Program-made: the position numbers and the translations under genes
Notes under the pieces: generated by a model
What the model was told of the DNA's origin: nothing
Databases searched by the model: none
What the model saw: only the letters and a program-made list of their open reading frames with translations
Shown: in pieces, positions 14,032-28,476 of the stretch
Position numbering within the stretch: the stretch's first letter is position 1
Layout of the letters: each line of letters starts with the position of its first letter
Assembly (NCBI RefSeq): GCF_006345805.1
Contig: NC_042998.1
Location: 151,342,001-151,406,000, forward strand
Direction of reading: 5' to 3'
DNA: 64,000 nt
From: Octopus sinensis
Taxonomy: Eukaryota

Positions 14032-14377
14032 GAACCCGAAAAATTTAAAACAGAGGGTTACCTACTTGCAAACAAATGTGGTAACATGTAACATCATCGA
14101 ACGACGTTACCGTGGTCTTTTCCGTAGGCTTTTCTTCCCACGGATAAACCTTATCTGCTTCTCCCTTTACACTTTACACCATGACACTGTGATACATGAT
14201 CCCTATTGATCGTTTTTTCCCTTTTTTCCACTTTTTTTTCCTCCTTCCCCTTTTGATCGAAAACCTATCCCACCTTTTTATTTTTTTTTCGCTCCCCCAA
14301 AAAGAAAAGCTCTACTTAGTAATCTGTCCCGTCTCTGTGCAGCTCTCTGTGGCTAATAAAGAAACATATCTATCTAT

Positions 14378-14416
<39 letters not shown>

Positions 14417-14423
14417 ACACATA

Positions 14424-15591
14424 TATGTTTGATTGGCAAAAAGTAAATTTGTTTTTCGCAAATCGAGTTACGGTTTTTTTGACATCTTGACAGCCGTTAC
14501 TTTTAGCTTACTTTAGAAGCAAATTGCGCGTAATTTTGTTTACAGCTGTTAGTTCAGTGCCTGTTTTAATATGCAGTGCAAAAACGAACGTTTATGCCAT
14601 ATTTTTTTTGCTTTTTTATTTCCGTAAAGGCAAGAAGGCTACTGAGGCTCACAAAGAGATATGTGGAAATGGCTTAAAAAGTTCCGTCCTGGAGATTTTT
14701 CACTCAAAGGTGACCAACATTCTGGTAGACCTACTGAAGCTGGTGACCGAATCAAAGCTATAATTGGAACTAGTTGTCCATATAACTGTTCGAGGGATCG
14801 CAGAGAGGTTAAATGTATCACACACAACAACTGAAACTCACTTAAAATGTCTTGAGGCTCGATATTTGGGTTCCGCATAAATTGAAAGAGACTCACTTAA
14901 CACATGGAATCAGTATTTGCGATATGCATCTCAAACGCAATGAAATCTACCTTTTTTTGAAACGAATCACCACTGATGATAAAAAAAAGTGGATCGTCTA
15001 CAATAATATCAATCGAAAATGATCATGGTCCAAGCGTAATGAACCAGCACGAACCACACCGAAAGCTGAATTACATCAAAAGAATGTCATGCTGTCAATT
15101 TGGTGGGATTACAAAGGTGTTGTATATTTTGAGCTGCTTCCAAGGAACCAAACAATCAATTCAGATTTTTACCGTCAACAACTAATGAAGCCAGAGGAAG
15201 CAATCAAAGAAAAACAGCCAGAATTGTGTTCCACCATGACAACGCTAGACCACACACGTCTTTGCTAACTCGTGAAAATTATTTTGAAGTTTGGTTGGGA
15301 AGTGATGTCACATTTACTATATGACCCTAACCTTGCACCATAAGATTACTATTTACTTCGAAATTTGCAATATTCTTTGAATGGTAAAACTTTCAATACC
15401 TGAAATCGCACCTGCTTCAGTTTTTGGCTGATAAGGACCAGAAGTTTTATGAGCACGGAATCATGAAGATGGCAAAAGGTCATAGAACAAAATGGATAAT
15501 ATATAATTGATTAAAGTTCATTCTTTGTATGAAAAAAAATGACTTCTTTTTCACACTAAAAAACCGATGTTACTTTCTTGCCAACCCAATA
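14424..15591 (+). mobile_element. Mariner (mellifera-like) with both TIRs, transposase disrupted
   Basis: Right TIR rc TATTGGGTTGGCAAGAAAGTAA, degenerate left TIR; FLLFYFRKGKKATEAHKEICG, WVPHKL, HHDNARPH and YDPNLAP motifs. Confidence 0.9.
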
Positions 15592-15601
15592 TATTTATGT
15601 A

Positions 15602-15637
<36 letters not shown>

Positions 15638-15663
15638 TGTATGTATGTATGTATGTATGTATG

Positions 15664-15697
<34 letters not shown>

Positions 15698-17790
15698 TGT
15701 ATGTATGTATGTGTGTGTGTGCGTGCGTGCGTGTGTGTGTGTGCGTGTGTGCGTGCGTGTGTATGTGTATAATGCATATATATATATAATGTATGCATAT
15801 ATATATATAATGTATACATATATATTATAATATATATATAATACATACATACATACATACATATACTTGCGTGAATGTATTTCATTTCTATACGAATTTT
15901 TGTGTGCATGATTGTGGTGGTGGAGAGAGTGGTAGAAATTTAAAATTTCAAATGGAATTTTTTTCCGATTTAATTTGAATTTCGGATTGTTTCAGTGAAA
16001 TTAGAATGGAAAATGTGGAAAAGATATCGCTATAAGAAGTCACTGCGAAGGATGACTGAAACCATATTCTTGTCCTAGATATTTCTCTGATGCAACAATC
16101 ATTAGACAAGTTATGTGTCTAATGCGCAAGCAATCTATTGACGAAAATAACGTTGACAAAATAAGTTGATATGCCGGCAGATGCTGTCAAATAATTTAGT
16201 GTAAATCATGAGATGAAAATTAAGGCAAGGGTACTTCACCCCACCCTCACACACACACACGCACGAACGCACACGCAATACATAGGGGTGTGTGTGAGAG
16301 AGAGGAGACTATAAACTGAGCAAAAGCACTCAGTTGTGAGTGCAATGCATCTTATAGCAGAAACAGCTGCAAGACAATGAAGTTCATTAAGTTATTCCTG
16401 ATTCTGTGTTATCTATTTAATTTCACATATATATATGTGTTTGTGTGTGTATGTGTGTGTGTATGTGTGTATGTATGTCTCTGTGTGAATATGTTTGTAA
16501 ATATAGATACTCACACACATATATATACACATACAGAGAAAGTTATAACTTAAGATAATGGAAGTAAAAATGAGAAAGAATGTAAGTGTAAAAGAAGCAA
16601 ATTTTGAGTAAGAGAAGAAAGAATAAAAAGGTTGGCAATTGATGTGATTTAGGGAAAAGGGTGTGTGTGTATGTAGGTGGGGTATATGTGTGTTTATGTA
16701 TTGTGTGGCTGCTGTGCGGTTTAAGTGTGGAGTGTCTTTCTTGCACTGGGTGTATGTGAATTTGCACGCCATTTTAATGTGTATATCTGCCTGTATATGA
16801 GTGTGAGTGCGTGTAGGTGTATATACTCATACAATCTTGAACAAAAGCTCCTGTTCTTGCTTAATGTAAAGCTATATGCATTTGTGTGTGTGCGTGCGCA
16901 TCTCAATGAGAGTGTTTCCGTTTGTGTATGTGTTTGTTTTTCCTCTCAATATATTTCTCTTCGGAAGTATTGAATATTATATAAAAGTATACAAGTGTAA
17001 CAGTATGTGTGTATATATGTGTATGTGTATGTAGTATTGAATATAAGGATTATGCTTACATGTTTGTCTATACCTATGTGTTGTGTGTACGAGAGAGAGA
17101 GAGAGAGAGAGAGAGTGTATGTGTGTGTGTGTGCATGTGTTTACATATATATATATATATACATATATTTATATGTGTATGTGTGTATTCATAAATGCAT
17201 ATATATGTATATAGGTATGTATGTATATATATATATATATATATACATACATCGTGTTCTGCCCTTACCTTCGAAACACGCATTGAGTCGAACCAGGGGC
17301 AGCTGATGAAGGGGAATATTCCTTGTATTGTTTGTCTTGTACTCTGTTTTTTCGTGGTTAAAAAAAGTCCGTTTCCTTGTTTGTTTTTATGTTTTCGTTT
17401 CTCGTTGTGTTCTACGTTTATTTGTGGTGTCCTGTACTCTTATATATATATATATGCATGTATATATACATATAGATGTAGGTATGTACATATATGTATG
17501 TATGTATGCATATGTTTTATTTGTTAAATTGTTATTATATATATATATATATATATTTATATATGTATGTATACATATACATATGCATATATGTATGTAT
17601 ACATATCCATGCACATGCACACACATATATACGTCTATCCACATATACACATATACATCCAGAGAGACAGAGACAGAAGGAGGAAGACAGAAAGAGAGAG
17701 AGAGAGAAAGAGGAAATGAAAGAGAAACGGAGAGAGAGACTAATAAAACCCGCAAGAAGCACACATATACGCTTAGATATACATAGGTAT

Positions 17791-17827
<37 letters not shown>

Positions 17828-19671
17828 ATATACATATATATATATACATACGCGCGCACACACACACACACACATACAAATATATATATATATGCCATTC
17901 TTTGTACATTTGCCTGTCACCATCCCTCTCATTGTCTCGTTTTATTCTGTACAACTGCTGCACTTTTGGCAACGGAAGCGACACCAGAGCCACCCACATC
18001 TATTGTTTTTTCTATCTATCTTCTTCATCCGATCATAATCATCTTTCATTATCGCCGCCATCATCATCATCGTCGCCATCATCATCATCATCATCGTCAA
18101 CGTTGTTGTCGTCATCGTCGTCGGACTAAATGTCATCACCGTATTCAATTCCGTTGTTCAACGATCATATGTTCAAATCTCATCTCACACGACCCAAATT
18201 GTCGTAACGATAACGACGACCACGACGACAATGGTGTTGCTAATTGTGATGATGATGAGAATGATGTTGATCGCAGTAAGATGGTGAGGATGAGGGTAGT
18301 GCATATTCCCTTTATCTAAATGATCATTGCCCGCCTTACCTTCTCTTTCTCCTTTCTTCCTCCCCAATCATCATCGTTGTCTTTCTCATGATCATAATCA
18401 ACATCATCATCGTCGTCGTCATCACTATTATCATCATAATCGTGATTATCAGTTAATTCTTTTAATAATATTTATATTTTACAAAATATTGTCTATCGCG
18501 TTCGAGATGATAGAAAAACGTGCGTATGTGTACCTATGTGTATCTATATTATTTGCATACATCTTTATTTTTCTGTCCTCACTTAATGCATACTATCGCG
18601 CGCCGCGCACACGCACACGCACAACGCACACGCAATCACACACACAAACACACATTCATATCAAACTAAATTCTGTCTTGCGGATGATATTGAAACAAAA
18701 TGGTGAATAACTCTTCAAAAAAAGAGGCCTCGCAATATGTGTACACATGCAAACACAAAAGACGACATTTTACCACTTCACTGTCCAAATATATTTGGAA
18801 TTTAATAATTATTAAGATAAAGTGGTTCCTTATGGAAAATATGTCTCTCGGTGTTAATTATTCAAGAAACTGTGATCTCTATCACGCAGATCATTTCGTT
18901 CAGTTACAGCTTTTAGCAATTTTGAACAAATAAATATATAAATATATAAATGGAATTTTCACCTGACTAAGATGTTTTATTTTTTACCTAATCCTTTTGT
19001 CCTATGCTAATAAAATTAGAAAACAAACAAAACCCTTAATTTATTCATCAACAAGAGCCACTTCCCTTGCTTACGTGTGACTTATACGTAATGAGAAAGT
19101 GACATCTGCATTTTACACCTGAATGAATAAAACTATCCTGAATTCTGTGCACGGCAATGAACTTGTGTTGATGTACCGTTGATTACTCATATTCAAATGT
19201 GTTTGCGAATATGTATGTTGATCAATTTTTCACGCTGATCCTCTGCTTCATTCGTTTGAGTAATCGGAAATGTGACCCAGAGTGCTACGTATATAAAAGC
19301 TTCAACTTTTAATGAAATAATTACACGCTGCTATTATTTGTTATTACATATTAAGTACTTTTCTGCCTTTGTAAATACAAACGTTCATTAATCCACACTT
19401 TTCCCCTAATTTGTAGAGCACTTTTCAAGGGCTGGGGCTCGAATCCTACATTATTTTTGCGAATAATGTTTTGATATCCTCTAAAATAAAATTTACTAAG
19501 TGACTCAAAGAAATGACTAGAGATCTGATCAAGAAAATGGAATAGAATATATATTACGCGATAAATAGAACACAGATATCACTGAGGAAAATAAGTTCGA
19601 CCCCATCCTATTCACGCAGAACCACACAGACACAGACACAGACACACACAGACACACACACACAGACCACA

Positions 19672-19704
<33 letters not shown>

Positions 19705-19899
19705 CACACACACACACACACACAGACACACACACACATACGAACCTACTAAAACATATTGTATTTGACTTTCTTAAAACGACGAAAAGAATTTTTTTGT
19801 ATATCAAAAAATATCCAATAAATAGCGTTCAGATCATTTTCCACAAATGACGTCCATGTTCTTTTAAACCAAATAAACTATGTTCACAACTGATTTTTT

Positions 19900-22032
19900 T
19901 TCAATATCTCGTAGTCTGGTTGACCGTTGAGGCACCACTAATGACTTTGCGACTAGATCCCTCCACTCGTCTCTGTCTTCTGCCTCTCGCACTGTTTCTC
20001 TCATCTTTAGACCTGTCCACTCACATATGTTGTTTTTCCATCTCTATCTCTGTTTACCTCTGCGTCTGCCACCTTTGTGCGTTCTCTGAAGGATTATTTT
20101 GGCTATCCCTGATGAGCGGGTGATATGCCCAAACCACCTGAGCTTGTATTTATTTACTGTGGTAAGAAGTTCCTCAAAGGACCCTATTGCTTGCCTTATT
20201 CTACTTTTTAATTCCTCATTTGTGACACGATCTCCGTATAATATTCCCCAAAGTCTCTTGAAACACTTCTTTCGGTTTCTGTTGTCAGTGTCCGTGTCTC
20301 GCAGACGCACAGGAATATTGAGATCACAAGTGATATCATTAGCCTAATTTTGGAGCTCAGTGAGATAATTCTGTTTTTCCACAGTGTTCTGAATTTGGTC
20401 ATAGCTGCTGTTGTTTTGGCAATACCGGATATCACTTCGTGCTTGGAACCTTTGTTACTCACTATCACCCCAAGATATTTGAAGTTTTGAACTTGTTCAA
20501 GCTCAAATCCACTGACGCTTATGTTGGTACTGATTCCCTTTTGGCAGTTTGCTATAACTTTTATTTTCTCTGCGCTTATTTCCTTGCCAAATTCATTGGA
20601 AGTCTTGTCTAGAGGCTCTACTAGTTGTTTCAATTTTTGTTCTGAGCCTACCAGTCTAACAATATCATCTGCAAAGCGCAGGTTTGTTAGGTTTCTGCCG
20701 CCAATGCTAATCGTATGATTGTGGTCTACCAGGGATTATGTCATAATCCTCTCAAGGGCGGGCAGCCTTGTCTTACACCGTTTGTTGTTTTGAACCACTC
20801 GCCAATGCTGCCGTTCAGGTAAACCGTACTACTTGCTTTATCACACAGACTATTAATGGCACGAATGAGATTTGCGTTGATGTTATATAGTTTCATGGTC
20901 GACCAGAGTGTTGCATCCTACAACCTGTCAAATGTCTTTGAAGTCCACAAACATAGGAAAATGCTCTTATTGGTGCTGAAGATAACGAGGTCACAGAATC
21001 CTTAAATTGAAAATCTCTTCTATTTTGCAGCGACCCACCCTGAATCCTGCTTGCTTCTTTGCTATGATTTCCTCCGCTTGGGGTTTGAGTCTGCTAAGGA
21101 TGATTATCAATATCACTTTGCTTCAATGACATTCTGGCATTGTTGTAGATACCCTTTTTTGGCAAGGTGATCGCCTGCAATTGAGTCAAAAATGCACCCA
21201 CTCTTCTGTCTGCCAGATCTTATTACATATTACAAGGAGCGCATCCAACATGGCCTCTTCCCCTGCCTGTATCAGCTCAGTAGGGATGTTGTCCACCATT
21301 GCCGGCTTACCTTTCTTTAATGACTTAATTGCTTTCTTGCTTCCTCTACTTCCTTTCTTAAAATGGGAAAGTTGTTCGTGTCTGTTGTTGATGGGGCATT
21401 CAGTTAATCAGTGTATCCTTTTGCTTCATGGTTATATAGATCTGCGCAATATTCTGTCCAACGGTTCAGAATCTCTTGGTTTTCCGTTAGTGGTTTCCCC
21501 TATTTATTAAGTATTGTGCTGGGCCGCCTTTGCTTATCGCTTGTAAGTTCTTTCATCAGCTGATGAACTTTCTTACTGTTATTCTTCTTTAAGTTTCCTT
21601 CAATGTCCCTACACTTTTCCTCTCCCCATATCTCCTTGGCTTTTCTCATGTTCTTTTCAACTGCAAGATTTGCTTCTTTGTATTCTCGGGCATCTCCCTT
21701 GTCAAACTTCTTGTTCAACTCTTCTTTTGTCACACAAGTCTAAAATTTCTGGTGTGAGCCGTGGTTTCTTGGCAGGCCTGTGCTTGCCAAGAACCCTTCT
21801 GGATTGTTTCTGCCAGTAAAAGTGTGCACATCTGTGTCTGTTTTTCCCAGGATGAATGGGGCAAATCTACGACTAATCTTAGATTCAATTTCCTTTCTAA
21901 TTCCTGGAGCTTTTAGCTTTCCAAGATTGAATTTAGCTCTTGTATAGCCCACTCATTTCATTTTCTTCAGGTGCAGACAGAAGGTCATGATGACTTCCTA
22001 TGTCTGCACCAGGGTAGCTCAGTATTCTATTT
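19900..22032 (-). mobile_element. RTE-clade LINE, 3' segment (end of EN, RT, 3' end)
   Basis: Minus-strand peptides NRILSYPGADIGSHHDLL, LTNLRFADDIV (about 20650-20690), EQVQNFKYLG, KLRWFGHITR, DRDEWRDLV. Confidence 0.92.
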
Positions 22033-22650
22033 ACAAGATCCGTGTCAGAAAGAACATCTCCATTGACACGTGGAATGTAAGAGCACTCCGAGCACCAAAT
22101 AAGGTCGAGTAACTGATGCATGAAATGAACAATTACATTTGGAACATTCTTGGACTGTGTTGAGATGAAATTGAAGAACAATGGAGAAACCAATACAGAC
22201 GAGGGTCACAAATTGTATTTCAGTGGCAAAGATACTCATAAGGAGAGAGTAGGTTACTTAATTAATAAAGACTGTGTGAGTGCGGTGATGGGCTGCTGAC
22301 CATTGTCCAGCAGACTCATCACTATTCGCCTGAGAGTGAGTTCTTCAATATAACTATAGTGCAAGTGTACACCCCAGTATCAGGCTACAGTGATGAGGAC
22401 ATTGACGAATTTTATGACCAGCTTCAAAAATTTGTTGATCAAACACTCAAGAAAGAGGAATTGGTCGATGATTCAATTGGAACGCCAAAGTTGGAGAAGA
22501 TGCGTGTACAGACTGGAATGGTACATGTAGCCGCTTTACTAACAAGGAGAAACCGTCCTGGCGACGGATGCGGCACAGCCCTAATGGCGAAGTTCATAAC
22601 CAGATAGACTACATCATGGTGGAAAGGCGCTTTCATTCCGAAGTAATGTT
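22033..22650 (+). mobile_element. RTE-clade LINE, 5' segment (endonuclease) in inverted orientation
   Basis: Plus-strand peptides IDTWNVRAL, HKLYFSG, IVQVYTP..SDEDIDEFYDQLQ, SPNGEVHNQIDYIMV. Confidence 0.9.
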
Positions 22651-22923
22651 GATATCCACACACCCAAACACACGCACGCACAAACACATACATAAACACG
22701 CACACACACACACGCACACGCACACGCACACGCACACATACACTCACACACGCACGCATGCACATACACACATACGTACAGACATACATATACACACTAA
22801 ATGCATATTTCTAACAACAGCACCGATATCTATCAGAAAACCAAATTGGGACCTCGCCAGGCTAGCCAGACCACAAAGTAAAATTTGTTAGCATTACGTG
22901 AACCATACTTAAAATTTTTTTTT

Positions 22924-23130
22924 CTCTTTTGCTTGTTTCAGTTATTAGTCTGTGGCCATATTTGCGGGTACCACCTCGAAGGATTTTAGTCAAACAAATC
23001 GATCTCAGTACTTATTTTTAAAAATCCTGCTACTTGCTCTATCGGGCTTTTTGTCGAACCGCTATGTTACTGGGACGTAAACACACCAATGCCAGTTGTC
23101 AAGCGGTGGTGGGGGACAAACACAGGCACA
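22924..23130 (-). mobile_element. SINE family A, 3' half, diverged
   Basis: Similarity to 5931-6140. Confidence 0.8.
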
Positions 23131-23505
23131 AAGTCATACACACACACACGTTACTTTTAAAAATAAAAATCATAACGGTTGTGCCAACCCTACAGATTAA
23201 TAAATTCGGCAAATCTTTAAAAGACTGATTCAGTAAAAAAAAAGAAAAAGAAAAAAAAGACGAAAAATGTTCAGAATGCATAACTGGTCACAATTCGTTC
23301 GATTTGGAATACAAGTTTATGTGTCATGAAGGGGTTCAGTGCTATGATAACCACTTTTGCAACTTTATACAGTGGGATGTAATAAGTAGAGTTCTACAGT
23401 CTGTAACTAAATCCCTTTTGAAGAAAGCTTTAGAAATTAAAAGACTAACGGTTTTTGTATGTGTTTTAAATGGCTTATAAACACCTTCCACGCTGCAATT
23501 GTTTC

Positions 23506-24365
23506 AGGTTTAGAGTGAATTTTAGGGTTAGGGTTAGTTTTAGTGTTATGTTTAGGGTTAGTTTTAGGGTTAGTGTTAGTTTTAGGGTTAAGTTTAGCGT
23601 TAGTGTTAGGGCTAGGGTCAGTTTTAGGGCTAGGGTTAGGTTTAATTAGTGTTAGGTTTAAGGTTAGACTTCGTTTTACAGTTAGGGTTAGTGTTAGCGT
23701 TAGCTTTAGGGTTAGGATTAGTATTAGTGTGGAGTTTATGCTTAGTGTTAGTTTTAGGGGTAGGATTAATGTTAATTTTAGAGTTATGGTTTGTGTTAGT
23801 ATTAGTGTTAGGATTAGTGTCAGGGTTAGGGTTAGTTTTAGGGTTAGGGTTAGGATTAGTATTAGGGTTAGTATTAGTTTTAGGGTTAGTGTTAGTTTTA
23901 GGTTTAGGATTATCTTTAGGGTTAGGTTTAGGGTTAGTACTAGCGTTATGGTTAATTTTAGGGTAAGGGTTATGGTTATGGATAGGGTTGATGTTAGGGT
24001 TAGGTTTAGGGATATTGTTAGGTTTAGGGTTAGTGCTAGGTTTGGGGTAAGTTTTAGGGTTAGGTTTATGGTTAGTGTTATTGTTTGTTTTAGGGTTAGG
24101 GTTAGTTTTAGGATTAGGTTTAGGGTTAGTGTTAGGGTTAGTGTTAGTTTTAGGGTTAGATTTAGTTTTGGGGTTAGGGTTTGTTTTAGGGTTAGGGTTA
24201 GGGATAGTTTTAGGGTTAGTGTTATATTTATGGTTACGTTTAGTGTTAGTTTTAGAGATAGGTTTAGTTTTAGGGTAAGGGTTAAGGTTAGTGTTTGAGT
24301 CAGGGTTAGTTTTATGGCTAGGGTTAGGTTTAGTTTTTGGATTAGTGTTAGTTTTAGGTTTAGGT
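23506..24365 (+). repeat. Interstitial degenerate telomeric-type array (TTAGGG with TTAGTT/TTAGTG/TTAGGT/TTATGG variants)
   Basis: About 860 bp with largely maintained 6-nt phase. Confidence 0.9.
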
Positions 24366-26019
24366 GGTGTGCACTCGTTTTACCTTCGTCCATTTTAAGA
24401 CGTTGTGATATACGACAGAAATAATTATAAAACAATAGAGTAAATATGTTTAAAACGTATGTAAGTTTTGTAATTTTTATTTTTGTTTTCAGTTTACAGA
24501 GAAAATATATTATACAGCATATAACTCAGTGGCTATTTGGCCCCTTGCATCATTAATAATACCTGATTGGTAAAAACAAATTACCGCCAATTGTATCATC
24601 CGACATGTTTGTTTATATTCACGACGGCACGTTTTCCGTTTGTTTTATTTTTTAGTATAAAATATTTGAAATTGGATGAATTTTTTGCGTGCATCATTTA
24701 TTTTAAATATATTTTCCATTTTCGTAACTTTTTTAAAATTTGCATTTCATTTTCTTGGAAAGGTGCGTTTCTAAAGGAGCGCCGGAGATGCTGATAGTAA
24801 GGATTTCAGGAACCTTATCATAGAATTAGGTTTACTGTAAATCTCAGTCTTAACATTGTTCATTCGTTAGTCATAACTCTAGACTGCGGCGCTGCTAAAT
24901 ACTGACTTTGCAATAAACCAAACAAGAAATTGTGATATATTAATATAAACTGCATGCAGCCGCATTGTGGCGAATTGGCGAAGTCGCTAGAGTGTTGAAT
25001 AGAGGATTACCGTGTTTTACCGACTTCTTAAGCTTTGAACTCAGATGAATCAATTTTTGCTTTTTACCCTTTATGAATCGATGAAAAGTATCGATCCAAA
25101 GATGGATGATTGGTGGAATTGATACGGGGTCTGAAAATATGATGCCTTGTAGTATGTGTTCCGTCTTTGTACATTCTGAGTTCAAATCCCCATCCACTCA
25201 TCAACAAATGTTGACATGTTTGTCAGGGTTTGTGATTGACGATCAACAATATGATAAATCAATGAGAAACTTTAGTTAATAATATTAGTTTATTCTCTGA
25301 CGTTGAATTCCTTAATTCTGCTGTTGGTCGCAGTTAGTACGGCGAAAGCTTCCATACCAAATACGGTCTTTTTGTGTTTTCGAATGGCTAAGTGTCTTTT
25401 CTGCTGCAATTTTTTTCGTTTCAATACATGATCTCAAATCAAATCACTTGTCAGGGAAGAACATCTCAGAAATAGCTGTTGCTCACCTTGACTATGGCGA
25501 TTATTGAAACATTAGTAAAGTCCATCGCTTTGATAAGGTCTGGTATAAAACTCAGATGGAATTTCATCCACCTAACATCGGCTTGGGCGAACAATCTTTG
25601 GTTCGTCATTGCGTTTTTGTTGTTGTTCACATTGCTTTTATTATTGTTGTTCATTTTTCAACACCTTCTGGTTCTGGTTACTATTTCCCATAACTGTGTT
25701 GTTGTTGTTATTGTTGTTGCTACCATTTGCAATCGTTCCTTCAACTAGTTAACTATAGTTATTTGGACATTAGCACTGGAGGTGAGAGAAAAATATACGT
25801 CGATGGTCTGCGACGCATTTCCTGCCGAACTCTTTTTACCATCCGTCATTACCACCTTCGTCATTACCAGTCGGTGGAAATAAACTATCAAAGAATACAC
25901 CAACCTGATATTTATGGCAACATAAAATTCCTATAAATTTTTCCTTTCTACCTTAATTCCCACAAAAGAACAAAAATTCAAATTTCGTTATTTTACCATT
26001 ATGGCGTTTTTTATGCATT

Positions 26020-26210
26020 ATTATTCTTGTTGTCGTTATTATTATTGTTATTATTATTATTATTATATATTATTATTATTATTATCATCATCATCATCAC
26101 ATCATCATCATCATCATCATCATCATCATATCATCATCATCATCATTATTATTATTATTATATTATTATTATTATTATTATATTATTATCATCATCATCA
26201 TCATCATCAT

Positions 26211-26285
<75 letters not shown>

Positions 26286-26385
26286 GTTATTATTATCATT
26301 ATTATTGTTATCATTTACTTATTTATTCGCTTATTTATTCACTTTATTTATTTATTTATTTATTATTATTTATTATTATTATTAT

Positions 26386-26479
<94 letters not shown>

Positions 26480-26501
26480 CATCATCATCATCATCATCAT
26501 T

Positions 26502-26576
<75 letters not shown>

Positions 26577-26665
26577 GTTATTATTATCATTATTATTGTT
26601 ATCATTTACTTATTTATTCGCTTATTTATTCACTTTATTTATTTATTTATTTATTTATTTATTTT
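26020..26665. repeat. (ATT)n/(ATC)n compound microsatellite with an internal duplication of about 295 bp
   Basis: Block TCATTTACTTATTTATTCGCTTATTTATTCACTTT occurs at about 26310 and 26600. Confidence 0.9.
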
Positions 26666-27312
26666 TTTGCAGAGGAGCACGGAGCTTGAAATGGCGGTTA
26701 CACATTATATGATTAACAATAACAACAATAACCATCACCACTACAACAACAAGAAATATATATAGTGTCTCTATTTAGTTTTCGTTTCTTTTTTCTTAGG
26801 TTTCTTCTCTATTTTATGCCAATTTTTCAGTTGTTCCAATTTACTTTTTTACCATTTCGTTCTGCTTTCATTCCTACTTTATTTTCATTTCCCTCTTTCT
26901 TCCATTATTATCTCATTATATATCTCTCTCTTTCTTTCTCTTTCTCTCCCTCTTATTCACACTCTTTCTCTTTTCTTTTCTTCTTTTTCCTCCCTGTCTC
27001 TTGGCTTATCTTTGTCTCTACCATTCCATTTTTCATTCATCACTACGTCTATTTGTCTCCTTCTTTAAATCATGTGTATATGTGTGTGTATGTATATATC
27101 TATACATACATACATACATACATACATATGTACATATACATACACACACATACACACACACACACACATATATGTATATTTATTTTTATATATGTATATA
27201 TACTTTCATACATACATGCGTACATACATACATACGTATATACATACATACATACATACATACGTACATACATACATACATACATACATACATACATACA
27301 TACATACATACA

Positions 27313-27343
<31 letters not shown>

Positions 27344-27631
27344 GCATACGTGTATATATCACACACAGAAACATAGGTCGCTTTATATTTCTCTCTTTCT
27401 CTACAATATTGTTCATTTTCATGCTAAATTTAACTTTCTCTCTTTCTTTTTACCTAGCAGATTTCCTTCTTCCAAACTTCTTTCTATTATTTATTCCTAT
27501 TTTCTTCTTCTTTCTTCTCTTCTCATTCTCTCTTTCACTATTGTTCTCTCTCTTCTTTCCGATCCTACTAACATCAGTCCTCTCTATCTCATTCATTTCT
27601 TTTCTTGTCCCCTGTCTCTTTTTCTCTCCCT

Positions 27632-27930
27632 CTCTATCAGTCAACCTCTCTAATTAATACCACAAAATGGAAAATATAAAAAGAAACCCGACCTCCTCAC
27701 CTTATCTGATCTTCTCTCACCCCTCCTTCCCGTGAAGTCACCCACACCCATCCTCTCTTCTCTTTATCCTTCATCTTTAAGTAACCAGGGAACTCCCCGT
27801 CCAAATCACTATCACATACACCAGCCCTATCGCCTACCCTAACCGCATACCTACCCACAATTCCAATTAAGAGCCAAACCCCCAAACAGAATTTTTCTCC
27901 CTCCACACACAAATATGATTCCTGCGCACA
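27632..27930 (-). mobile_element. Old LINE-like 3' fragment; shorter copy at about 30330-30412
   Basis: Shared block CAGTCAA..CTAATTAATACCACAAAA..CCGACCTC.TCAC.TTATCTGATC at both sites; minus peptide FPGYLKMKDKEKR weakly resembles the Tx1 C-terminus. Confidence 0.45.
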
Positions 27931-28100
27931 CACACCCACGCACCCACGCACGCACACACACACACGCGCACACACACACACGCACACACACAAACGCACA
28001 CGCAGCGCACATACATATACATATGCATAGATAAACATTTATGAACATATATATCTGTAAATGTAATTGCATATGTATGTGTGCATGCATGTATGTATGC

Positions 28101-28210
<110 letters not shown>

Positions 28211-28308
28211 ACATATATATGTATATATATATATGTGTGTGCATATATATATTATATTATATATATACACATATTTATATGTATATATATATATATAATA
28301 TATATATA

Positions 28309-28339
<31 letters not shown>

Positions 28340-28373
28340 CAGAGCGCGATGGACAGACAGACAAACAGATAGG

Positions 28374-28411
<38 letters not shown>

Positions 28412-28412
28412 T

Positions 28413-28476
<64 letters not shown>

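Larger units (their letters stand above)
9660..14366 (+). mobile_element. Tx1/L1-clade LINE, 5'-truncated in ORF1, decayed
   Basis: ORF1 zinc knuckle, APE endonuclease (NARGL, ISEIR), RT (QGCPLS, YADD at 12736-12747), C-terminal CPRCGQSDETVLHALVQC, 3' UTR with AATAAA at 14355. Confidence 0.95.

Noticed and set aside
17238-17315. Possible permuted hammerhead (CCTTCGAAAC...GTC...CTGATGAAGGGG)
   Set aside because: Stem I cannot form; a competing CTGCCC/GGGCAG hairpin explains the pattern better.
19287-19300. TATATAAAAG as a promoter
   Set aside because: TATA-like words are ubiquitous in this AT-rich DNA; no downstream gene is evident.
23437-24435. 332-aa and 251-aa ORFs over the TTAGGG-variant array
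   Set aside because: Openness follows from the 6-nt phase; no evidence of translation.
24461-24492. GTAAGT...TTTCAG mini-intron
   Set aside because: Only 32 nt, and no flanking coding frames.
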